64,000 nt of DNA from an uncultured Gammaproteobacteria bacterium (GTDB taxonomy: Bacteria > Patescibacteriota > Patescibacteriia > Magasanikbacterales > UBA922): positions 7,747-71,746 of the forward strand of contig CAZFTR010000005.1 of NCBI GenBank assembly GCA_964522405.1, read 5' to 3'. A model generated the notes under the pieces. The model made no database searches. It saw only the letters and a program-made list of their open reading frames with translations, and was not told where the DNA came from. A program made the position numbers and the translations under genes. Within the stretch, counting starts at the first letter, position 1. Each line of letters starts with the position of its first letter. Below are positions 56,978 to 64,000 of the stretch, one piece after another.

Positions 56978-57105
56978 AATTGTCTGTGATTTGTGTTATG
57001 AAGACAGCTTCGCCGTCCTCGCCTCTCTTGTTACTCTGCTTTCAGCAGTAGCAAGGGGGCTGCGGATTGTTTCATCTGTCTTCATAACACAAATCACAGA
57101 CAATT
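56978..57105 (-). repeat. Conserved-core palindromic element, copy 3 (inverted)
   Basis: 30-bp perfect arms aattgtctgtgatttgtgttatgaagacag; minus-strand core ATGAAACAATCCGCAG...CGAGGACGGCGAAG. Confidence 0.85.
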
Positions 57106-57215
57106 GGTTATATTATACGGAGATTTGAAATAGCTGAGTAATTCGTTTATACTTGGCCTTGTTAACCATTGGCTATTCCTGAAAGTGGATGCCATGCGGG
57201 TATGAACTACCAATT

Positions 57216-58412
57216 ATGAAAATCTGCATAATCAGCAATATCTTTCCGCCCTACGATAGGGGAGGGGCAGAACAAGTGGTGGTCAAAACTGTAGAAGGTC
57301 TTAAAAAACAAGGCCATGATGTTGTAGTTATTACCGGTTCTCCCAAGAAAGAAGAGTTTTCAGATCAGGGAAATTTGAAAATCTACAGAATCAAACCAAG
57401 AAATATCTTTTTTTATACTGATGCTCATAAATATTCAATTTTTTTGAGATTTTTTTGGCATATTATAGATATTTTTAATTTTTCTGTTTCTGGGAGAGTC
57501 AAAGAAATTCTTTTAAAAGAAAAACCAGATGCAGTTCATACTCATAATCTTATGGGTTTGAGTTTTCTACTGCCAAAGATGATTAGGAAATTGGAAATTC
57601 GTCATATTCATACTGTTCACGATGTTCAGTTGGTTGAACCGAGTGGTATGATCCTCAAACAAAAAGAAAATTCTTGGAGATATAATGGCATGATGACCAG
57701 AATTTATTCGGCAATTATCAGAAATTTAATGGGCTCTCCTCAGGTTGTAATTTCTCCTTCACAGTTTTTGTTAAATTTTTATAAAAAAAGAAATTTTTTT
57801 AGCAATTCAGATTTTAAAATAATCAGAAACCCGGCAACTTTTGAGATCCAACAAACAGTTTCTTCTCAAAAAAGCGATTCAGCTGTTTTTAATTTTTTGT
57901 ATTTAGGACAAATTGAATATCATAAAGGAATTGAATTTTTAATTTCAGTTTACCTGGAGCTGATGCAGGAGTCAGATTATGATTCGGTTTTACATATTAT
58001 TGGCGGTGGTTCAGTTTTAGATAAAATTAAGAAAATCTCTTCCGGCTCTCTAAAAATTAAAATTTATGGTAGGAAAAATCGCAGTGAACTTCCGGATTTG
58101 TTTAGAAGAATGGATATGACAGTTGTACCTTCACTTTGTTATGAAAATTCTCCAACAGTTATTTTCGAAAGTTTTGCTTTTGGACTTCCGGTTTTAGCTA
58201 GTAATAGCGAAGGAATTTCTGAATTGATTGAGGAAGGAGAAAATGGTGTTACTTTTCAGCCTTGTGATCCAGACTCTCTTAAGAAAAAAATAAAATGGTG
58301 TATTGAAAATCAAGAAGAAATTAAAAAAATGAAACAAAAAACAAGCCGTTCACTTAGAGGCTTGTCTCAGGAAGAATATATTGAAAAGGTTTTGCTTTCT
58401 TATCAAGGTTAA
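57216..58412 (+). CDS. GT4 family glycosyltransferase
   Basis: GGAEQ, HTVHD, GQIEYHKG, PSLCYENSPTVIFES. Confidence 0.92.
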   Translation: MKICIISNIFPPYDRGGAEQVVVKTVEGLKKQGHDVVVITGSPKKEEFSDQGNLKIYRIKPRNIFFYTDAHKYSIFLRFFWHIIDIFNFSVSGRVKEILLKEKPDAVHTHNLMGLSFLLPKMIRKLEIRHIHTVHDVQLVEPSGMILKQKENSWRYNGMMTRIYSAIIRNLMGSPQVVISPSQFLLNFYKKRNFFSNSDFKIIRNPATFEIQQTVSSQKSDSAVFNFLYLGQIEYHKGIEFLISVYLELMQESDYDSVLHIIGGGSVLDKIKKISSGSLKIKIYGRKNRSELPDLFRRMDMTVVPSLCYENSPTVIFESFAFGLPVLASNSEGISELIEEGENGVTFQPCDPDSLKKKIKWCIENQEEIKKMKQKTSRSLRGLSQEEYIEKVLLSYQG

Positions 58413-60530
58413 TTATTTGGTATAAGTGAAGATATAAATTTTCCCATTGTCAATTATCTCAATTTTTTCAGCTGTTTGTTTTGCTCCTGCAACAATCCGA
58501 TCAGATCCAGCCCAAAATTCACTAACTACAAAATAAGCTTTGTCTACTCCCATGATTTCCATAGCTTCGAGCATGGTTTCTTTTTTTTGTCCTTGATAAA
58601 GCATTTTCTGGTAAAGTTTATACATAACACCTCCGGTTGGTATTGAATAGTAGGAAAGAGGTCCATGGTCTGTTTCAAAATATTTGGGAAAGCCATAATT
58701 AGTCATGGCAGCAACTGAGGTAAGAGGATTGGCCAGTACAATATAGTCATATTGTTGATTTTGATTTTGAATCCACTCAGCAGCATGGAAATCACTTATG
58801 CTTACATTGTATCCGGGAAAATGTACTTTGGGATTTTCTTGAGGATAGGCAAGATAAAAAGAAATAGTTAGAGCGCCTGCAAGGCCTAAAACTAGAATGG
58901 TTTTAATAGAATATTGAATTATTGTTTTATATTTATTTGAGAAACTTACCAGCTGATCGGTTATTTTGTATAGCGCAAACATAGCCCAGGGTAAAACAAA
59001 CATCAGGCTTGATTTGAGTAAACGCATTGGGTAATCTCCTTGTTCAGTAGTAGCCACATCCGGGAAAACAATCCAACTTCTCAGAAAGAAAGCACCGGAA
59101 CAAAGAGCTAGAGCAGTAATTATAAATAAGTTATGTTTTTTATTTTTTTGTCTTAGTAAGAAGAAACCGGCAATAGACAAAATAATAACTAAAATTGGAA
59201 TTAGGCGCTGCCATTGATAAATCGTCTCAAAAATTAGTGATGAGGTTGGAAAATACCAGCGTGGCCTTTTGAAAAGTTCGAAAAAAGTCCAAATTTTATC
59301 CAATGGATTAGATAGGTAGGGGAGATCACCGCCACTGATCAATATATAAATAGTAAATAATATTGAAAAAAGAAAACTTATCGCAAAAAAATATAAAATA
59401 TACCAAGCCATTCTACTCTTTGTCTTTTTAGTATTTTTGATTAGAAGAGCCATAATCACAAAGGCACTAATTGGTGCACCAAGCAAAATATGGGTACAGA
59501 GTCCGGCAATAGAAAGTATGAGTGGGATTGAAAATGGAATTTTCTCGTAAATATATCCTAGGGTGGTGAAAATAGTTAGTAATGAGAGTAAAATGACAAG
59601 GTTGTAAGGTGTTGTCAAATGCAAAGACATGAAGTAAATAAATGGCAAAGTCCAGATTAAGTTTATAGAATACTTGCGTGGAATATCCCAGACTTTCTCC
59701 AGAATGGTTGAAAAAAATAAAGGAATACTCAGTGAGGCCAGTATTGGCACCAGAAAACTATCTACATAAAAAATCGACCAGCCAGTTATATTGGAAATCC
59801 AAGTAACCAGATTGTATTGCCCAACATATACTGCTTGCTTGGGTGATATAAATCCATTTGCCTGTATATATACTTCTGTGGCTCGGTGAATAAAGCCATC
59901 AAATCCAAAACCAAGCGGAAAGAAAAGTACTGTTACACTATAAGTTGTAAACAGATGCAAAGAAGCCGCGATCAGGGATGTAATTCTATTTTTGGATACA
60001 AAACAAAAAACTATAACCAGTGAAGTTGCCACTAGATAGGCTATGAAAAACCAATGGTTAAATGATAACCATGGAGAATTAGTTACCTCTAGTGTGGAAT
60101 TATTTAAAATAGTTTTGATAATCCCAACTTCAAAGAGAAGTATGGTGATTCCGAGGAAGGTGGTTAATAGATTTTCCTTTTTAAATTTTATCAGTTTAAT
60201 TTCGATTTTTTTTACTGGAAAAAGCAATAAAAGAGGTAAAAAAAGTATTAGAAAGGAAACAAAAGTATTGATTTGGAATAGATAGTAAATTAGTGTTCCG
60301 ATAATACTAAATAAAAAGATTGATAAAATCATTGACCAGACAATGGATAAGAGATATTTCTTGAAAAAAACATGGTTTAGTAAAATTCCAGTTATGCCGA
60401 TATACGCCAAAAAGAATATCAGGCCTAGATATTTGTTTTGGAGAAAGAAAAGATTAAGAGATAAAATCCCGATTATTATCAGGAAAATAGCCAGAAGTTT
60501 CTTTTTCTTTAACAGAAAGCTTTGAAGCAT
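58413..60530 (-). CDS. Large polytopic membrane protein (possibly GT-C-like)
   Basis: Many TMs, GFGFDGFIH loop motif; function inferred only from architecture and neighbours. Confidence 0.65.
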   Translation of the reverse strand: MLQSFLLKKKKLLAIFLIIIGILSLNLFFLQNKYLGLIFFLAYIGITGILLNHVFFKKYLLSIVWSMILSIFLFSIIGTLIYYLFQINTFVSFLILFLPLLLLFPVKKIEIKLIKFKKENLLTTFLGITILLFEVGIIKTILNNSTLEVTNSPWLSFNHWFFIAYLVATSLVIVFCFVSKNRITSLIAASLHLFTTYSVTVLFFPLGFGFDGFIHRATEVYIQANGFISPKQAVYVGQYNLVTWISNITGWSIFYVDSFLVPILASLSIPLFFSTILEKVWDIPRKYSINLIWTLPFIYFMSLHLTTPYNLVILLSLLTIFTTLGYIYEKIPFSIPLILSIAGLCTHILLGAPISAFVIMALLIKNTKKTKSRMAWYILYFFAISFLFSILFTIYILISGGDLPYLSNPLDKIWTFFELFKRPRWYFPTSSLIFETIYQWQRLIPILVIILSIAGFFLLRQKNKKHNLFIITALALCSGAFFLRSWIVFPDVATTEQGDYPMRLLKSSLMFVLPWAMFALYKITDQLVSFSNKYKTIIQYSIKTILVLGLAGALTISFYLAYPQENPKVHFPGYNVSISDFHAAEWIQNQNQQYDYIVLANPLTSVAAMTNYGFPKYFETDHGPLSYYSIPTGGVMYKLYQKMLYQGQKKETMLEAMEIMGVDKAYFVVSEFWAGSDRIVAGAKQTAEKIEIIDNGKIYIFTYTK

Positions 60531-60600
60531 ATTGGAATTTGATATATACTACATCTGTATTTCAAGATACAGTATTTTAATTGTAACCCATCAACTCCCT

Positions 60601-61218
60601 ATGTTCAATAGTCTAAAAACAAATCACCAGGATCTCTTTGTCTATTTAAAGGCTGATAAAGTCCATCGTCATGATATTTTTCTAGATAAGGTCTTGCTGC
60701 GTTTTTTGCCAAAATCTGTAACTCCAAATCAATTGACTGCATTTAGAATAATAATGACCCCCTTTGTTTTTTTTATTGTGTTGAATGAATACTTTGTCCC
60801 GGGTTTTATTTTATTCCTTTTAGTAGCTTTTACTGATGCTATGGATGGTTCCATGGCCAGAACTCAGAACAAGATAACTCGTTTTGGTATGCTCTTTGAT
60901 CCACTGGCTGATAAATTATTGGTTGGTTCAATGGTTTTACTTTTGGTTTTTGGTTATTATCATTATCTATTGGGGGCTACCATAATTGGAATGGAAGTTT
61001 TTGTGGTAGGTTTTGTTCTTTTTGAAAGAAAAGGAATTAAAATTGTGCGTAAGGCTAATATCTGGGGTAAGATGAAAATGATATTTCAGGTTATTGCCAT
61101 GTCTCTGACCATGATCGCTCTTATTGTTCAACTGCCGATTTTATTTTCAATAGCTTTTTGGTTTTTTATTTTCGCTGTTATTTTTGCTTTTATAAGTATA
61201 TTTGGGCATGGCATATAG
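60601..61218 (+). CDS. CDP-alcohol phosphatidyltransferase (PgsA-like)
   Basis: TPNQLT, DAMDGSMAR...G..FDPLADK signature. Confidence 0.92.
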   Translation: MFNSLKTNHQDLFVYLKADKVHRHDIFLDKVLLRFLPKSVTPNQLTAFRIIMTPFVFFIVLNEYFVPGFILFLLVAFTDAMDGSMARTQNKITRFGMLFDPLADKLLVGSMVLLLVFGYYHYLLGATIIGMEVFVVGFVLFERKGIKIVRKANIWGKMKMIFQVIAMSLTMIALIVQLPILFSIAFWFFIFAVIFAFISIFGHGI

Positions 61219-61223
61219 TTGTT

Positions 61224-62819
61224 ATGAGGCAATTTTTTAAAAAAAACTTATTTTCCATAAGCTTGTTGCTTTCAATATTTTTTTTTCTATCATATAGTTT
61301 TTTAAATATAACTTCTCCGGATTTATATAATTCTCCGGATGAAAATGCTAACTTTGTTTTTATTAGTCAATTTGCTGATTTGGGGATTTTGCATTTTGAT
61401 CATCCTGATAATTATGGAAAGTTGGCAGAGTTTATTCATCCGAGAAGCGCTTTTTCTGATTTTGGAGATTATATTTTGCCGGTTGGTTTTTGGGGTTTGG
61501 CTGTATTGTATGGTTTTTTAGCAAAATTGGTTGGAGTGGGTAGTATTGCTTTTGTAACACCTTTTCTCTCTGTCTTGGCCGGTTGGGCACTTTTTGCCAT
61601 CTGGAAAAAAATATTTACTCCCAAAATTGCAGGCTGGGCAACATTTCTTTATTTTATCCATCCGGTTGTCTGGTATTATTCTGCGAGAGGTCTTCTGCCC
61701 AATATCCCACTGGTCAGTTTTTTGATATTGGCAGTATTTTTTATATTTGTTCAGCCTTTTAAGTCTTTTTTTGATAATAGAAAACTCAATTGGATTGATG
61801 ATTTGCTGGGCAGTTCTATGCTTTGCTTTGCTTTGCTGATTCGTCCCAATGAAATTTTATGGATTGGATTAGCAGGATTGATTTTATTTTTTTCTTATCT
61901 AAGAAAAATCAGTTTTTTGAGAATTGTGGTTTGGTTAATCCCGGTAATACTATCAATGGTTTTGTATTTTTATATAAATAATTCAATTTTTGGAAGTGTG
62001 GCTGGAAGTTATGTGGTTTCAAGATCATTGGAAGTGAAATCATGGCTTGGCTTTATTTTTCCATTTGGAATCAATATAAAAAATATTTTGCTTTCTGGAT
62101 ATGTTTATTTTGCCAAGATGTATTGGTATCTGGTTTTGCCGGCTTTATTAGGAGTAGTATTTTATTTCAAAGAGTATATTTTATCCAAGAAGCCCATTTC
62201 AAAGGATCAGAAAAATTATTTATGGATTTTTATATTAGTTTCTCTGTTTTTGTTTATATATTATGGTAGTTTAAGAGTTGTTTCATTTTCACTTGAGACA
62301 ATTGGGATAGCATATTCAAGATATTGGGTTCCTATACATATCATGTCTTTACCTTTTGTTGTTTTAGGAGCTATTAAGATGCTAAGTTATAGTTTTTTAG
62401 AAAAGTATAAAAAATACTTGGTGGCGGTTTTAGTGGTTTTGGTTAGTTTTTTTAACTTCAGAGCAGTTTTTCTGGGGGTTGATGGATTGCTTGCTATGCA
62501 AGATAATCTTAACTACTTAGAAGAGGTCAGAACCGATGTATTGGCGAATACTGATCCAAGTGCTATAATCGTGACAGATAGGGAAGATAAGTTTTTTTGG
62601 CCTCATAGGCAGGTAATTGTTAAGTTTTATAATCCTAGAGTGGGGCAGGCAATTTCTGATTTCGTACAACAAGGTTGGCCAATTTATTATTTTTCTCCTA
62701 CTCTTGAAAAACAAAAATTAGAGGAAACACTTGATTATTTAGTCAAATTTGATATAACTATTAGTGAATTTATTAAGTTTGGAGATCATTCTCTGGGTAA
62801 ATTTATTAAATTAAGATAG
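61224..62819 (+). CDS. GT-C / ArnT-PMT-like membrane glycosyltransferase
   Basis: SPDE motif after TM1, many TMs, IRP and SRY motifs. Confidence 0.7.
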   Translation: MRQFFKKNLFSISLLLSIFFFLSYSFLNITSPDLYNSPDENANFVFISQFADLGILHFDHPDNYGKLAEFIHPRSAFSDFGDYILPVGFWGLAVLYGFLAKLVGVGSIAFVTPFLSVLAGWALFAIWKKIFTPKIAGWATFLYFIHPVVWYYSARGLLPNIPLVSFLILAVFFIFVQPFKSFFDNRKLNWIDDLLGSSMLCFALLIRPNEILWIGLAGLILFFSYLRKISFLRIVVWLIPVILSMVLYFYINNSIFGSVAGSYVVSRSLEVKSWLGFIFPFGINIKNILLSGYVYFAKMYWYLVLPALLGVVFYFKEYILSKKPISKDQKNYLWIFILVSLFLFIYYGSLRVVSFSLETIGIAYSRYWVPIHIMSLPFVVLGAIKMLSYSFLEKYKKYLVAVLVVLVSFFNFRAVFLGVDGLLAMQDNLNYLEEVRTDVLANTDPSAIIVTDREDKFFWPHRQVIVKFYNPRVGQAISDFVQQGWPIYYFSPTLEKQKLEETLDYLVKFDITISEFIKFGDHSLGKFIKLR

Positions 62820-62823
62820 ATAT

Positions 62824-63228
62824 ATGGCAGAAACGATTTTTACCAAAATTATAAACAAGGAAATTCCCGCACATATTATTTATGAAGATGATCATAATTT
62901 GGCATTTTTGGACATTACTCCTCATGCTCAAGGTCATACTTTGGTTGTGCCAAAGACAGAAGCAGAAACTATTGTGGATTTAGATGAAGATCAAATTGCA
63001 AGCCTATTTAGCGCTGTTAAAAATACAGCCAAAAAAATACAAGATATATTAAAACCAGATGGATTTAATATTGGAATAAATCATGGAGAATTTGCAGGAC
63101 AAACAATTCCGCATTTGCATGTACATATAATGCCAAGATTTGAGGGTGATTCAGGAGGGAGTATGCATTCAGTGGTAAGCAATCCAGGCGATAAGTCAGT
63201 TGAGGAAATTGCAGAAATGTTCAAATAA
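62824..63228 (+). CDS. HIT family protein
   Basis: AFLDITP, GHTLVVPK, GQTIPHLHVH. Confidence 0.95.
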   Translation: MAETIFTKIINKEIPAHIIYEDDHNLAFLDITPHAQGHTLVVPKTEAETIVDLDEDQIASLFSAVKNTAKKIQDILKPDGFNIGINHGEFAGQTIPHLHVHIMPRFEGDSGGSMHSVVSNPGDKSVEEIAEMFK

Positions 63229-63230
63229 AT

Positions 63231-63770
63231 ATGCCCAAAAGACTTAAGAAAATCTCAGAAGAACTGATGCATGAAAATCCATATTGGAAATACATGCATG
63301 ATAAGTATCAACTTCCAAATGGAGAAGAAGCTGATTATTGGTATGGTGTTAGTCGGGGAACTGCTATGGTGGTTGCCAAATCTCCGGATGATAAGATAAT
63401 CATGGTTCGACAGTACAGGTATTTACATGATAAACAATGTTTACAATTTCCAGCAGGTGGAATTTTGCCAGAGCTTGACGCGCTTCAAACAGCACAAAAA
63501 GAATTAGCGCAGGAAACCGGTTGGGTTGCTGAAAATTTTATTAAGGTTGGTTCATTTCAACCTTCACCGGGATTATTAAATGAAGACATTCATGTGTATT
63601 TGGCCGAAGCCACAGTCCAGCAAGAACAGCAATTAGAAAGTACTGAAGATATCGAAGTGATTGAGAGAAGAGCAGATGAAATAGAAAGCATGATTAGAAA
63701 TGGAGAAATATGGTGTGGTCAAACTATAGGATCATGGGCTCTTGTAAGACATTATTTTTTAGATGAATAA
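63231..63770 (+). CDS. Nudix hydrolase (ADP-ribose pyrophosphatase-like)
   Basis: VRQYRY, FPAGG...AQKELAQETG, QQLESTEDIEV. Confidence 0.88.
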   Translation: MPKRLKKISEELMHENPYWKYMHDKYQLPNGEEADYWYGVSRGTAMVVAKSPDDKIIMVRQYRYLHDKQCLQFPAGGILPELDALQTAQKELAQETGWVAENFIKVGSFQPSPGLLNEDIHVYLAEATVQQEQQLESTEDIEVIERRADEIESMIRNGEIWCGQTIGSWALVRHYFLDE

Positions 63771-63771
63771 T

Positions 63772-64000
63772 ATGGAAAATAATACTCCGAAATATAATTC
63801 TTTTGTTCAGACTTTTAAATTTCGTGATGATATTAGTAAGAGCGGAAGAGTTTTGTCGCAAGTAAAGATCGGGAGCGTTTATATGTCTAGACTTAGAATA
63901 CAGCCCGGTGTAACCACAGGAAATTATTATCACAAAGAAAATAGGGTAATGTTCTATGTTGAAAAAGGTGAGGTCTTGTCAGCTTGTGAGCATGTGGAAA
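63772..64000 (+). CDS. Cupin-like protein, 3'-truncated
   Basis: Hand translation MENNTPKY...IQPGVTTGNYYHKE...FYVEKGEV; open to the window end. Confidence 0.6.
   Translation, partial: MENNTPKYNSFVQTFKFRDDISKSGRVLSQVKIGSVYMSRLRIQPGVTTGNYYHKENRVMFYVEKGEVLSACEHVE

Noticed and set aside
1-64000. Alternative genetic code (UGA=Gly as in some CPR, or UGG reassigned)
   Set aside because: Long conserved genes read through in code 11 without internal TGA, TGA ends several genes, and conserved Trp positions use TGG

Overview
AT-rich (about 30-35% GC by eye) bacterial chromosome segment read in genetic code 11. Gene content and style suggest a Patescibacteria/CPR genome (inference): most genes lack a Shine-Dalgarno, several proteins are minimal, and there is a membrane-anchored Clp ATPase. 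The backbone is housekeeping: rpmG, tRNA-Trp, metK, uppP, CCA-adding enzyme, hrcA-grpE-hsp20-dnaK-dnaJ with a CIRCE, rnhA, recJ, lepA, murJ, corA, uvrB/A/C, mraZ-rsmH-ftsL, rplU, recR, dnaB and glycosyltransferases. The unusual content is mostly intergenic. (1) Seven sharply bounded GC-rich islets each sit behind their own AT-rich TTGACA/TTGTAA-N17-TAnnnT-type promoter. They encode micro-proteins with near-total GC3 codon usage, or large highly structured non-coding RNAs. One carries a CCA-anticodon tRNA with a Gly/Cys-like U73 acceptor plus a second tRNA mimic. (2) A dispersed ~104-bp palindromic element has an invariant core and freely varying, perfectly covarying arms. (3) Three more palindromic repeat families occur, one of which brackets a passenger gene. 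(4) The DnaK operon contains a Nudix-GrpE fusion plus SpoT-type HD and Nudix hydrolases. (5) metK has a structured 5' leader. No transposase, integrase, CRISPR or rRNA was seen. All structures were folded by eye; no database search was possible.
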